Below are positions 1 to 15,310 of a DNA stretch of 64,000 bases, piece after piece. The stretch's first letter is position 1. Every line of letters starts with the position of its first letter. The position numbers and the translations under genes are program-made. The stretch is from Eledone cirrhosa (lineage: Eukaryota). The stretch is from contig OZ024745.1 in the NCBI GenBank assembly GCA_964016885.1, forward strand, positions 67,952,001 to 68,016,000. Direction: 5' to 3'. Below the pieces are notes generated by a model that saw only the letters and a program-made list of their open reading frames with translations, was not told where the DNA came from and searched no databases.

Positions 1-625
<625 letters not shown>

Positions 626-689
626 TCCGTATGTGGTTGACGGCTAAGAGAAAACAGTGCTCAATACTGTAGCAGAGCTTTAATATCCA

Positions 690-749
690 TTTTATTAAGG
701 CTTAATAGTGAATCGTGTTACACCAGAGTGACACGACTCACTATTTAGG
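690..749. repeat. Short fold-back palindrome between TA tracts
   Basis: ttttattaaggcttaatagtgaatcgtgttac / gtgacacgactcactatttaggcttaataaaa, imperfect arms around an accaga loop. Confidence 0.75.
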
Positions 750-759
750 CTTAATAAAA

Positions 760-810
<51 letters not shown>

Positions 811-972
811 ATTTTGGTATAATATGTGTTAGTTAAAAACCTGATACAAATGCACCCAGGTTAGAGCACTCAACGCAGTATACAAGTAGGTCTGGGTACT
901 CCGGAGTATATTTATAATAAATAAGGACAAGTCAATAGGTTAGCATTTACTTCATTTACTCATTGTACAATT

Positions 973-1031
973 GCTGTAATACATGTTTTGATGAGAACTG
1001 TTATGCAACAGTTATGACCTCATCAGGCAGC
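973..1031 (-). ncRNA. Degenerate minimal hammerhead ribozyme (C.C stem II family)
   Basis: RC reads gctgc CTGATGA ggtcataactgtt gcat aacagttctcatc AAAA catgta tt acagc; GAAA is mutated to AAAA, so probably inactive. Confidence 0.6.
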
Positions 1032-1051
1032 TATTAGTTGAACACACACGC

Positions 1052-1093
<42 letters not shown>

Positions 1094-1338
1094 TATACAC
1101 ACACACGGGAAGATTGTTGTAGACATCGACACCTTATGATAGGAATGAAAATATTAAAATAAAAGGGGAGGTAATCTGTTGAGAGTTGGAATGAAATGAA
1201 AAATATATCAGTTGACGAATGAAAGCTAACCAATACAAATATCGATAAAGATCGAAATGTAATATCAATATCATCATGGAATCGATCTCAGGTTTTATAT
1301 CAGTGAGTTATTTTTTTGAAAGTCTGTTACTAAATATA

Positions 1339-1553
1339 GCTTCTGATATAGGCACAAGGCCAGCAATTTTGGGGGAGGGAGAAGTCGATTAAATCGACCT
1401 CAGTGCGTGACTGGTACTTTATTTTATCGACCCCGTAAGGATGAAAGGCAAAGTTAACCTCGGCGGGATTTGAACTCAGATCATAAAGGGCCATAACTCT
1501 CTGCTGCAAAGTATGGCGTCCGACCCTCAACCGATACTGCCAATCCACCGCCC
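1339..1553 (-). mobile_element. tRNA-headed SINE (family A, long variant)
   Basis: A box TGGCAGTATCGG, B box GTTCAAATC and central cctttcatccttacggggtcgataaaat on RC; 16-bp TSD gtctgttactaaatat at 1322-1337 and 1557-1572. Confidence 0.92.
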
Positions 1554-1644
1554 CTGGTCTGTTACTAAATATGACAACATATTTACAATATTTCCTTAAC
1601 GGATATCACTTCGTGTGTGAACGTGTGACTTCACATCATGACTC

Positions 1645-2683
<1,039 letters not shown>

Positions 2684-3237
2684 CGTATGCGAAAGAACAC
2701 AGCAATGCGATACAGTACAAGGAATTAGTTTAACGCTGGATATAGTAGGATAAGAGTCGTAACGTTTCGGGTGACAGTCCTTTATCAAAAGATAGAATAA
2801 AAAAAAAACGAAAGAAGAAATAGAAATATAGAGGGGAGTGAGGAGAGGTAGAGGAAACAATTAGATGGCAGGGTGAGGAGGAGAAAAAGCACGTATGTGA
2901 TTAGTCAATCTTTCACTTTGTTTGACTTAATTATTTCATGTTTATTTACGTATATTGTCATTGCTACGTTCCTTCTGTTTATCTTTATTTTAATTTTTCG
3001 CTCCCTGTTAAAGTTCTGCTTACATTTCCGTTCCCGTCGGCGTCTTGTACAGTTTTTTTCATCGTGTTCGTCCTTTGAAATACTACAAGATAGTATTGAA
3101 CTATCTGTTGGGCATTGTTTCTCTGAAAGGACTAGCAGTACCATCCACAGCTGTTGAAATTATGTAAGTCCATTTCGATAGCTGATGACGAAGAGTTGTT
3201 TTATCCCCTCAATGTCACTATCTTTATGTCTTCTATG

Positions 3238-3324
3238 TATTGGGTCGTCAAGTATGAAATTTGTAGAAATTTGTAGAAAAAAAACAAACAAATTTCTACA
3301 AATTTCATACTTGATGACCCAATA
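3238..3324. repeat. Fold-back palindrome
   Basis: tattgggtcgtcaagtatgaaatttgtagaaatttgt / acaaatttctacaaatttcatacttgatgacccaata. Confidence 0.8.
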
Positions 3325-3396
3325 ATAATCTTATCCCTTATTCGTCAGTTCCTGTACTATTGTTTGTTTATCATCGTGTCTGTTGCCACTCATTAA

Positions 3397-3429
<33 letters not shown>

Positions 3430-3457
3430 AGTGTGTGTGTGTGTGTATATATATATG

Positions 3458-3521
<64 letters not shown>

Positions 3522-3573
3522 ATATATAGACGCAAATATTTCGGCAAAATCTTTCTATTGAAAAGTAAGAAAG

Positions 3574-3761
3574 AATAATTGTTTCTACTTTAGGCACAAG
3601 GCCAGCAATTACCCAGTACATTACTGGTACTTTATTTTATCGACCCCGTAAGGATGAAAGGCAAAGTTAACCTCGGCGGGATTTGAACTCAGACTGTAAA
3701 GGGACGTAACTATGCTAGAAAGCATGGCGTCCAACCCTCTACCGATACTGCCAATTCACCG
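3574..3761 (-). mobile_element. SINE family A
   Basis: Near-full-length match to the other copies. Confidence 0.92.
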
Positions 3762-4169
3762 AGAATAATGACAACACAAAGAGCGTAGAATATATCGGCT
3801 TGATTTCTAGCATAGTCATTAGAAAATAAGAAAAGGAGTGTTGAGTAACGTCAAAGAATAGGCAAGGAGAAACATGGTGGAAAATATGAAATAGGACGAT
3901 TATCTAGCAATGGGAAAATAGGAAAATACACCAGATGTCATGTGCTTGAAATCTGCCCTTATTTTATAAAGTTTGATCGATAGATAATCATTTATATCAA
4001 CTCCATTACATGGATACATTTTTTTTTTATCGAGATCATGAAGAATGACAGGCCTAGTCGACTTCTGTGGGATTTGAACTCAGATCAGAAAAGGACGAAT
4101 TAAATACCGTAAGGCATTTTGTCTAACACTCTACGAATTATGTCAAATCACGGCGCTTATGGCAATAAA

Positions 4170-4265
4170 ATCAACAACAACAACAACAACAAAATCATCA
4201 TCATCAACAACAACAAAAACAACAACAACACCAACAACAACAACAACAAAAACAACAACAACACC

Positions 4266-4303
<38 letters not shown>

Positions 4304-4500
4304 AAACAACGACAGCGACAATATCAACATTAAAAACAATAAAGCTACATTAGCTACAATAAAACATCAATAAACAAAAACAACAGGAGAAAAATGAACA
4401 GTAACCACACACCACCGCCCCACTTAGCCGTCGTCACCGACGACATAATCAATAGCAACAACAACAACAACAACAACAACACCACTAACATCTACAACAA
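4170..4500. repeat. (CAA)n microsatellite
   Basis: Visible trinucleotide runs. Confidence 0.9.
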
Positions 4501-4599
4501 TAAGAGCGTCATCACCAAAAGTCAACATATTTTGAGGTAAAAGCAATATTATGTTAGTTTCTGCCTTGTCACCATTTTAGCTTATCGCACATACATACA

Positions 4600-4644
4600 C
4601 TATATATGTGTATATATATATATATATGGATATATATATATACT

Positions 4645-4704
<60 letters not shown>

Positions 4705-4781
4705 ATATGATATATGATATATAAATATATATATATAAGATATATGATATATGATATATATATGTATCTTATATATATACT

Positions 4782-4855
<74 letters not shown>

Positions 4856-5044
4856 TATTTATATGTATATATGATAAATGATATACAAATTATATATATA
4901 TATATATATACATAAGTATATATATATATATGATATATACATATATATATGATAAATGATATACAAATTATATATATATATATATACATAAGTATATATA
5001 TATATATATATATGATATATACATAAGTATATATATATGATATA

Positions 5045-5107
<63 letters not shown>

Positions 5108-5228
5108 ATTATATATATATATATAATGTATTTATGTATACGCATATATATACATAAGTATCTTATATATACATATGTATCTTATATATATATATATAAG
5201 ATACATATATATATATATATATACTTTT

Positions 5229-5271
<43 letters not shown>

Positions 5272-5388
5272 AGTGTATATATATAAGATATGCATATATA
5301 GATATGTATTTACGCACATATACATATATAGATATATTTATTTACACATATTTACATATATTGGTATGTGACACGCACACACACACAT

Positions 5389-5419
<31 letters not shown>

Positions 5420-5428
5420 CACAACATA

Positions 5429-5488
<60 letters not shown>

Positions 5489-5500
5489 TATATATATGCG
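4600..5500. repeat. Degenerate (TA)n/(CA)n tract
   Basis: Visible simple repeats. Confidence 0.93.
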
Positions 5501-5688
5501 TGTGACAGACGCCTGAAAGACTTGAGCGAAGCTTAACTGAAGATTTTAGAGAAAAATGTAATATTTACTCGGATCTTCAATGTCTTGTGTTTATGTAACA
5601 CACAGAACACTTTTAGCTATACACTTCTGGCAAGCTATCGATTATATGTCACAGGATTTGAGCCATTTATTTATTTATGTAAATTAAA

Positions 5689-5743
<55 letters not shown>

Positions 5744-5804
5744 GATTATGATTATGATTATGATTGTAATTGTTATTTTATGTAGATACATGTATATGTA
5801 TAAG

Positions 5805-5861
<57 letters not shown>

Positions 5862-5896
5862 ATATATCTATATATATACATGCACGCTCACACACG

Positions 5897-5964
<68 letters not shown>

Positions 5965-6049
5965 TACATGTCTAATTTTCTAGTGAAAGAAGTGTATATA
6001 CCATTGGATGTTAAGAACTTCAACGAAACTGTAAAGATGAGAAGCGCGA

Positions 6050-6101
6050 AGAAGAAGCGCGAAGAAGAAGAAGAAGAAGAAGGGGAAGAAGGGGAAGAAG
6101 G

Positions 6102-6137
<36 letters not shown>

Positions 6138-6192
6138 AGAAGAAGAAGAAGAAGAAGAAGAAGAAGAGGAAGAATAAGAGGAAGAAGAAGAA

Positions 6193-6224
<32 letters not shown>

Positions 6225-6450
6225 AGAGGAGGAAGAAGAAGAAGAAGAGGAAGGCGGAGTAGAGGAGGAGGAGGAGGTGGAGGAGGACGAGAAGAATAAA
6301 AAGGAGTAGAAGAAGAAGAAGAAGAAGGAGGAAGAGGAGCAAAAGAAGAAGAAGAGAAAGAAGAAGAGAAAGAAGAAGGTGAAGAAGAAGATGAAGGAGA
6401 TGATGATGATAATGATAAAGAAGAAAAAGAAGTAGTAGTAGAAGTAGTAA

Positions 6451-6483
<33 letters not shown>

Positions 6484-6555
6484 AAGAAGAAGAAGAAGAA
6501 GAAGAAGAAGAAGAAGAAGAAGAAGAAGAAGAAGAAGAAGAAGAAGAAGAAGAAA
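6050..6555. repeat. (GAA)n/(GAG)n/(GTA)n tract
   Basis: Visible trinucleotide runs. Confidence 0.95.
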
Positions 6556-6770
6556 TTAAGTAGTATAAGTGGAAAACTGGGAAAGCAGAGATAGTTAAAA
6601 TGGAGGAAAAACTGGTGGAGATGGAAACATTTGAACAACAAAAAGAAAGCAACACATGAATAATAATAAAAAAACAACAACAAAATATTAATTCAATTTA
6701 ATAAATAGGCAGTGTGCACAGACATTTGTTATATATAGGCAACAGATAGGTATATGTATATATATGTATG

Positions 6771-6825
<55 letters not shown>

Positions 6826-6920
6826 GCAAACACCTGTATATGTACATGGTGATATATAGACAGGCGCCATACATCCATCCGTGAATACACACATAATCTA
6901 CACATATTTCTCTCTCTCCC

Positions 6921-6956
<36 letters not shown>

Positions 6957-6974
6957 CATACATACATACATACA

Positions 6975-7022
<48 letters not shown>

Positions 7023-7146
7023 AATATATAAATATATATATATATATAGATAGATATAGATGTAGGCGATCATATATATTGAGATTCATAGAAGACAACG
7101 TAATGCAGACATAAATACAGTCATAAATACATATACACACACGCAG

Positions 7147-7182
<36 letters not shown>

Positions 7183-7337
7183 GTATCTCTCTCTATATAT
7201 GTATACAAGAATGCATAGGCACATGCACAAGCCTGTACAAGTACAAGTACATACACATGCTGATTCTTAGACAGATATTTGCATAAATACATAAATTATA
7301 TTATTTGATATCATTTATGTAGATGAATTGATAAATG

Positions 7338-7545
<208 letters not shown>

Positions 7546-7909
7546 ATATATTATATATATATACGCATATATGTATATATATATATAGTATGTATATATA
7601 TATTTTTTTTTTTTCTTGCGTTGTACATGTGTCTGTAATTGTGTATGCTGAATGTGTGTGTGTGTATGTGGCTATGGTGTGTGGGCATGCATGTGTGTAT
7701 GCGCCTGTGTGTGTGTGGAGATAAACGTTTGTTTGTCTTCAAATGTACATACACTCTTCCTATTTCTACCCATACAAACATACATACATACATACATACA
7801 TACATACACACATACATACATACATACATACATGTATACATGCATATATACATACAGGAAGACACACATGCATGCATACATACATAGAATAAAACATGCA
7901 TATATACTT

Positions 7910-7944
<35 letters not shown>

Positions 7945-8087
7945 CATGCATACACATACATATATGTATGTATACATGAATGCATGCATATATATATATC
8001 TATAAATGTGCCTCCCTCAAACACATACTCACACCCACCCATACACAGATATACAGATACACGAACATACGCCCACACACACAGTTG

Positions 8088-8146
<59 letters not shown>

Positions 8147-8239
8147 GTTTAAACTGCACGTTTTTATATCATTACAAATTTATAAATATTGATCAAGATG
8201 TGACGATACAAACAAATATACTTCCCTCGTGTATTGATA

Positions 8240-8830
8240 TGAGAGAGAAGAGAAGAAGAAGAAGAAGAAGGAGGAGGAGGAGGAGGAGAAGAATAAGAAG
8301 AAGAATAATGAGGAGGAGGAGGAGGAGAAGAAGAGGAAGAAGGAGGAGGAAGAAGAAGAAGGAGGAGAAGAAGAAGAGGAAGAAGGAGGAGGAGGAAGAA
8401 GATGAGGAGAAGAAGAAGAGGAAGAAGGAGGAGGAGGCAAAGGAGGAGGAGAAGAAGAAGAAGAAGAAGAAGAAGAAGAAGAAGAAGAAGAAGAAGAAGA
8501 AGAAGAAGAAGAAGAAGGAGCAGGAGGAGGAGAAATAGAAGAAAACATAGAAGTATAGGAAAACGAAGAAAAAGAAGAAACAGAAGAAGAAATTGAAGAA
8601 GAGGAAAAAGAAGAAGAAGAAGAAGAAGAAGAAGAGGAAGAAACAGAAGAAGAAGAAGAAGAAGAAGAAGAAGAAGAAGAAGAAGAAGAAACAGAAGGAG
8701 AAGAAGAAGAAGAAACAGAAGAAGAAGAAACAGAAGAAGAAGAAGAAACAGAAGAAGAAGAAGAAGAAGAAGAAGAAGAAGAAGAAGAAGAAGAAGAAGA
8801 AGAAGAAGAAGAAGAAGAAGAAGAAGAAGC
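8240..8830. repeat. (GAA)n tract
   Basis: Visible trinucleotide runs. Confidence 0.95.
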
Positions 8831-9504
8831 AAAGTGGTGTGATGATGCCTTAACATGCAAAGCAGTAATTGGTCGATTAAAAGAAGAAAACAAACGTTGA
8901 AACAAAACAAAGAAACAAAACAAAAAAAAAAACAAGACAAAAAAACAACAACAACTCTAACCCCCCCCCCCCCCCCCCACACACACACAAACGAAAAACA
9001 ACGAAACACTAAGACCGTGTGTAAGTGAATTGATAACGTCACACATATATGTGTGTTAGGAACTACTAACAAAATTGAAGTTAAGTTAATCTTTATAATT
9101 TGGTAGATTCATTTTCATGTTTTGATGTGATATTTTTTTCCTATTTCTTTCCTATTTCAAATGATCAAATGATCAAACATTTGCGGTAACAAATTATTGG
9201 TCTAAACCTACCAAACCACTATGTTGTGGTGAACCTTGTCGTTAGTTCAGAATTTTATATATTTAATGTTAGGTTTAGCTAGTATGTAGATTTCTGTTTA
9301 TAGTTTTGAAACACTCACTAGTGTGTAGCAATGTTCTATTTATTATACGCATGAAATATTCCATAGCTGTGTGGTTAAGAAGTTCACTTCGTTCAAGTAA
9401 TCTCGTTTTCGTGTTTAATACCAAAGGCCGGTACTTTGAGCAAGCGACTTTTGCTGTATCCTGTAGACAGAAACCTGCCGTATATACACACACAAATATA
9501 TGTA

Positions 9505-9535
<31 letters not shown>

Positions 9536-9536
<1 letters not shown>

Positions 9537-10317
9537 ACGAAGCTTTAGAACACGGCCAAGCTAACGAATGCAGAATCGGTCTGTAGCTTTAGCACTCGGA
9601 TGGGGAAAAGAACCCCAGAGTAATAACAATACGTTCAGACAGCTTAGCAAATCAGATATAGCGGTCGGCAGTCCAACCGCATCACTAGAGCAACGAAAAT
9701 ACAGGACCCAGGAAAAGATTTTAGACTGACCTGGACAAAGCGGTGAGGCTGAATGCAAAATATATAATGTACATCGTATATCACACAATATACATCACAT
9801 ACAGCACCAACATCAGCGCTAAGTTTTTGCAAATCCAAGATCGACAAATTCCGCTTGCAGGAGTCTGCAATATAATGGTTTTTGACGACAGAACATAGGA
9901 TTTCCTTCTTCAGCAAGTCTTTCGTTCTTAGCCTGAGCGGGCATGTTGTAGCTTTAAATTTCGTCACAGACACGTGGTTTTCTCCAAGGGAGGTAACCCC
10001 CGCTTAGGCGGTGAATTCCAATTTGAGTTAAAGGAATGAATCCCTTTAGACAAACCGAATTAAGCACTCAACCAGAAGTTATCAAACAAACATAAACAAT
10101 TAATCAATCAATAGAATCATCTAATTAAATTAATCAGTTAATCGTTAATTCTAGGAGTAAATACAAATTTTAGTACAGCATTAACGAAGCTTTAGAACAC
10201 GGCCAAGCTAACGAATGCAGAATCGGTCTGTAGCTTTAGCACTCGGATGGGGAAAAGAACCCCAGAGTAATAACAATACGTTCAGACAGCTTAGCAAATA
10301 ATATATAGCGGTCGGCA
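9536..10317. mobile_element. Element bounded by 135-bp direct repeats, inserted in (TA)n
   Basis: 9536-9670 and 10183-10317 are nearly identical (aacgaagctttagaacacgg...agcggtcggca), with TA tracts on both sides. Confidence 0.7.
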
Positions 10318-10341
10318 ATATATATATATATATATATATAT

Positions 10342-10588
10342 AAAAAGAGATGAAATCGAAAATGCAACTGGAGTCTTATTTAAAAAAAAAATATATATAT
10401 TTATTTGGTTCCTTTACCGGTTTCGCAGTTCTTCTGCTTTTCAAAAGGTGAGTTGAGATGGAGGGTCTTATTTAAAAAAAAATAAGACTCCAGTTGCATT
10501 TTCGATTTCATCTCTTTTTCTTTATACTTTCACTCGTGTAGGACACCTCGGTTATTTTTCAATTTGTAAAAATAACCTCACTTTCTAA
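10342..10588. mobile_element. U3-A8 hammerhead element with 5' inversion
   Basis: 10342-10468 is the inverted 5' part, followed by the plus-strand 3' part ending ctcactttcta; homologous to 11649-11862 and 26089-26319. Confidence 0.8.
10411..10448 (-). ncRNA. Minimal hammerhead ribozyme, U3-A8 variant
   Basis: RC: cctt TTGAAAA gcag aagaa ctgc GAAA ccgg TA aagg; stems I and II pair and stem III is the palindrome ACCGGT. Confidence 0.65.
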
Positions 10589-10765
10589 TATATATATATA
10601 TATATATATCGTTTCTGAATTTGTTTAGCAAGATTCTTTATCTGAAAACGTGTGTTGAAACAGATATTGTTATACTTTGGGAGGGTCATGTTGCCAATAA
10701 GAAACACACGTATATTAATATACAATATATTAATAAATGGAAACTATATTTATAAAACCATAGTT

Positions 10766-10828
10766 ATTTATTATATATATTTCAAGGGCAACCAAGGCAA
10801 ATTATGGTGCGCTTTCATCAGATAAAAT
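10766..10828 (-). ncRNA. Minimal hammerhead ribozyme (C.C family)
   Basis: RC: attttat CTGATGA aagcgcacca taatttgcct tggttgccctt GAAA tatata TA ataaat. Confidence 0.75.
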
Positions 10829-11160
10829 ACAAATTTGTTTTATAAATAAATATTGACATACCCGCATAGAGACAACCTTAACGGTTGAGGTTATATCTTA
10901 ATATATTGAATATTTACTCCACTAAACTGTTGAGTGCTTTATATCAGTTATAAAATGTTAAAGCTTGTTGAATCCCAACAAATTAAATATAACCTTTGCA
11001 TATATATATATATAGATAAGTTTATCCCGGATTAAATCGGGGGCAACCACAGTAAGTAAGGTATTCAATACAAAGCAGAGTATAAATATTTAATACAGAA
11101 AAGGCTTCTACATGGCTAGAACTGCTTCATTCGGGAGAAATCATCATGAGAAACCATCAG

Positions 11161-11211
11161 GGCTTCCTGATGATTTCTCCCGAATGAAACAGTTCTAGCC
11201 CCGTAGAAGCC
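11161..11211 (+). ncRNA. Hammerhead ribozyme in a fold-back element (11097-11218)
   Basis: ggcttc CTGATGA tttctcccgaat GAAAC agttctagcccc GTA gaagcc; perfect 6-bp stem I; inverted partial copy at about 11100-11146. Confidence 0.7.
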
Positions 11212-11236
11212 TTTTCTATATTATATATATATATAT

Positions 11237-11401
11237 AACGAAGGAAGTGTGGTAAGGAACCAAGTGGACCATAACGCACCAGAGTACTCGATACTTAGGG
11301 TAGTAGAGTGGGTAATAGGAAAATGTTCAAGACCTCGACGGCAGAGCCAGAAATAGTAGTCGAAACGGCTTGAGCTCTGCCGTCGGGGTCTTGAACATTT
11401 T

Positions 11402-11404
<3 letters not shown>
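11237..11404 (-). mobile_element. TA-inserted element (AACGRAGG family) with internal inversion
   Basis: Same terminus as 30706, 37004, 62905 and 43735-43764; 11318-11347 is inverted at 11374-11404. Confidence 0.8.
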
Positions 11405-11440
<36 letters not shown>

Positions 11441-11570
11441 GTAGAACACTTGAGGGCTATATCCGTAATAGTAGAGCACTCAGTCCATAGGACGAGTTTG
11501 GTAGAAATAGTTCCACAGCAGTTAGTTCAACATACCGAGAACAAATGTTTCACCTTAAGCGGATCTTCAG

Positions 11571-11613
11571 ACCGAGCTGAAGATTCGCTTAAGGTGAAAC
11601 ATTTGTTCTCGGT
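11571..11613 (+). ncRNA. Hammerhead ribozyme in palindrome 11509-11638
   Basis: accgag CTGAAGA ttcgcttaaggt GAAAC attt GTT ctcggt; perfect 6-bp stem I; inverted copy immediately upstream. Confidence 0.7.
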
Positions 11614-11648
11614 ATGGTGAACTAACTGTTGTGGAACTGCTTATATAT

Positions 11649-11862
11649 GATGTGAGAAAAACCACAGACCCTCCATCTCAACTCTACTTTTGAAAAGTAG
11701 AAGAACTGCGAAACCGGTAAAGGAACCAAATAAATATATATATATATTTAAAAAAAAAAAGACTCCAGTTGCATTTTCTATTTCATCTTTTTTCCTTATA
11801 CTTTCAATCGTGTAGGACACCTCGGTTATTTTTCATTTTGTAAAAAAACCCCTCACTTTCTA
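11649..11862 (+). mobile_element. About 215-bp U3-A8 hammerhead element (HHR at 11687-11722)
   Basis: gatgtgagaaaaaccacagacc...ctt TTGAAAA gtag aagaa ctgc GAAA ccgg TA aag...ctcactttcta; same start and end as 26089-26319. Confidence 0.8.
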
Positions 11863-12088
11863 ATATATATACCGTCGGTCAGTCAATGGCAACATTGAGG
11901 ACCGAGTAAGTTAGATCGCAGATATAAAAGACAGCGAGAAGCGAAAACCAACCAAACAGTGAGTGTGTTCTGTTATTAATTCTGGCAATATTACGCAAAT
12001 ATGACCCTCCCCAAGTATAACAATATATATATATATATATATAGTGACGAAACATAAGTCAATTGCATGAACTCATAATCTTTTATTT

Positions 12089-12144
12089 ACTGCTATATAT
12101 ATTTCGATGATAGCCATTGAATGGCTATGACCTCATCAGGCAGT
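12089..12144 (-). ncRNA. Minimal hammerhead ribozyme (C.C family), intact core
   Basis: RC: actgc CTGATGA ggtcatagccat tca atggctatcatc GAAA tatata TA gcagt, then aaataaa. Confidence 0.85.
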
Positions 12145-12696
12145 TAGTCAGTTCTTAGATATGCCAGCTCTGTGTTTATAGTGTTGATGGTATCAGAGCC
12201 TTGGGACATATGAGCTTGTTAGGAATAATTTAATGTTGTCAGCAGGAATAGTCTTGATTCTCATTGGTCAGTTTGTAGATGCTAGTACGGTTGGTATTTG
12301 ACCTCAAAGAGGCAGGTGGTGTTGTAAAGTTCAAACCGTCAGGCAAGATGACAATAGTTCCATATGACTGATTTTCACAAAAAAACATTCCTGGTCAGAT
12401 ATATATTCAATTAAGGTTAATAGTATGAAATAGATACTACAGGTCATTCTTAAATTGAGGAATTTATGTGGAGTGGTGCTACTGAAATTTATGGTTAGAG
12501 TAGAAAATTTACAAATAAAAAGACTTATGTAGGTTGGCTTGCACGTACACTCACACCCACCTCCACAGACACACACACACATCCACACATACAAAATGTG
12601 GGGTGGTAATACTTAAAATAATGGTTAGAGTCCAATACTTAGATAGTTTAGAAAATTTATAAATAAATATATATATATATATACACTTAGACACAT

Positions 12697-12798
<102 letters not shown>

Positions 12799-13109
12799 TC
12801 ATACACATACATATATATATACATTATATCCATAAGGTTTCTCACTGTTGCTACTTTAAATCCTCGCCCCAGATTCATAAATGAAAAACTGCGTGTAAAT
12901 TAAAGGCCACCATAAACAGTAAGATACCACTATACCTATGGTACAGAATGTTTGACCTGCGTATCATACCAGTAATACAATAGGGAACAGCGAGATAGGG
13001 AACTGACGCTTAGAACAACATACATAAAATATAGAAGCATGCATGTTAGGATTCATTAAAATTGACAAAAAAACCCATAAATAAACAAATAAATAAATAA
13101 AACAATGGA

Positions 13110-13400
13110 TGTAGCTATGCAAAGATCACAGATCCGTAACTATGGCCATGTGGTTAGAATGTCCCAGGAAAGAATCGCTGGACAGATTTTACGGGCAAAA
13201 ATCACCAACTGACAGGAGACCCAGGGGTAGACCCCCGATGAAGATGGTTGGATAACATCCATGAGCTTGGCTGGTCACGCTTGGCTGGTCCAGCAGGATC
13301 AGTTAGAGACGATTGCTTCTGACAAGACCTGCTGGAAGGAGTGTTTGAGGGGACCCCCCCCCCCCCCCCCCCCCCTCACGACCTTCTCGGACATAAGTGG
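13110..13400 (+). mobile_element. RTE-clade LINE 3' fragment (pseudogenised)
   Basis: Translates, with frameshifts, as QIRNYGHVVRMSQERIA...RRPRGRP..RWLDNI...ASDKTCWKECL, typical of the RTE post-RT C-terminus; ends taagtg(gaa)n. Confidence 0.85.
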
Positions 13401-14045
13401 AAGAAGAAGAAGAAGAAAGAAGAAGAAGCAGAAGAAGAAGAAGAAGAAGAAGAAGAAGAAGAAGAAGAAGAAGAAGAAAGAAGCAGAAGAAGAAAGAAGA
13501 AGAAGAAGAAGAAGAAGAAGAAGAAGAAAGAAGAAAGAAGCAGAAGAAGAAAGAAGAAGAAGAAGAAGAAGAAGAAGAAGAAAGAAGAAGAAGAAAGAAG
13601 AAAGAAGAAAGAAGAAGAAGAAGAAGAAGAAGAAGAAAAAGAAGAAGAAGCAGAAGAAGAAATAATAAGAAGAAGAAGAAGCAGAAGAAGAAAGAAGAAG
13701 AAGAAGAAGCAGAAGCAGAAAGAAGAAGAAGAAGAAGAAGCAGAAGAAGAAAGAAGAAGAAGAAGAAGAAGAAGAAGAAGAAGAAGAAGAAGAAGAAGAA
13801 GAAGAAGCAGAAGAAGAAGAAGAAGAAGAAGAAGCAGAAGAAGAAGAAGAAGAAGAAGAAGAAGAAGAAGAAGAAGCAGAAGAAGAAAGAAGAAGGAGAA
13901 GAAGAAGAAGAAAGAAGAAGAAGAAGAAGAAGAAGAAGAAGAAGAAGAAGCAGAAGAAGAAAGAAGAAGAAGAAGAAAGAAAAAGAAGGAGAAGAAAGAA
14001 GAAGAAGAAGAAGAAGAAGAAGAAGAAGAAGAAGAAGAAGAAGAT
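13399..14045. repeat. (GAA)n expansion at the RTE tail
   Basis: Visible repeat contiguous with the RTE 3' end. Confidence 0.95.
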
Positions 14046-14362
14046 ATAGATATGCGAATAAAATAGAAGACATTATAAATCATATTAAGAAGAAAAAATA
14101 GAAGTGGACTGGAAAAGTGGCAAGTATAAATGACAATAAATAGACAGAGCTATGTGGAGCATGGAAACTGAGATAGGTTGATATAGACGAGGAGGAGATA
14201 AAGAGATGGAATTTGTATGTATGAACACTATATGGATGAACGTGGTACAGGATAGGAGCAATTGGTAATACTTAAGGGAGGCCTTCATCTTGCAGTGAGC
14301 AGATAATAGCTGAGAATGATGATGACGATGATATTCTAATTTATTATTACTATTATTTATTT

Positions 14363-14547
14363 GGCGGTGGATTGGCAGTATCGGTAGAGAGTCGGACGCC
14401 ATGCTTTCCAGCATAGTTACGTCCCTTTACGATCTGAGTTCAAATCCCGCCGAGGTTGACTTTGCCTTTCATCCTTACGGGGTCGATAAAATAAAGTACC
14501 AGTAATGCACTGGTTAATTGCTGGCCTTGTGCCTAAAGTAGAAACAA
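14363..14547 (+). mobile_element. SINE family A
   Basis: Full length; 18-bp TSD ttattactattatttatt at 14344-14361 and 14548-14565. Confidence 0.93.
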
Positions 14548-15149
14548 TTATTACTATTATTTATTACTATATTATGTAATTGCTAACATACAGTTATATA
14601 TGTTCAAGAACGAGCTTTATACAAATCTCACGTATATTTGAACACAGTATTTAATTTACTAACAAGAGATTAGAATTGAATATTTTTATTTTTTGCTCTC
14701 TGCATTTTAACGCGAATATTTTTCTTGCAATTGAATCTTGGCAGTTATAAAACATTCCATAAACGTCAACTGTGTGTAGTTGAGATTGAAATAAAGTGCA
14801 TTTTTTCCCCTTCAAAATAAATAAAAGAAATACCAACAGATATTTCTTAAAAATTTTTCCCCAGCGCTAAAATAAATAATAAATTTGAAGCTTAACAAGA
14901 ACGTTTTAAAAGTTGCAATGAAAATATGTAAAAGGGAAAAATAACGAGACGAATGATAAGCATATGGATTAAGTTAAGAATTTAGTTTTAAATGTAATAA
15001 AAGTTTTGTATTGATTGGTTTTTCACAAGGTAGGTGTAACAAAAATACACTTTTAAATATGTATAAATATATTGAAACATCTATAATTTTATGTAGTTTC
15101 TTCTTTGTTCCTTGATGTAGGCAAGGCTATCTGGTTAAAAAGTTTCCAT

Positions 15150-15310
15150 GAGCCCCCATTTGCTCATAATAGTGAGAGATGGGGAGAGCAAGAGAGCCGG
15201 AGGCAGTGACAGTGGGAGTTTGGTGCCTTTGTGTTCGGACCTGGTGTATATGTATATATTTACCGCACCACATGTTACATATACACACATTTACCAACTT
15301 ATTAAACTGT
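15150..15310 (+). mobile_element. CRE-like retroelement 3' UTR fragment
   Basis: Homologous to the RC of about 16745-16850 (ccccatttgctca...gagagatggggag...gaggc..tgacagt.ggagtt). Confidence 0.6.

Noticed and set aside
2755-3225. Hammerhead-like remnants (RC ccgaaacgttacga; acagctgtt; ctgatgacg)
   Set aside because: Core boxes too degenerate to call, although probably decayed PLE termini
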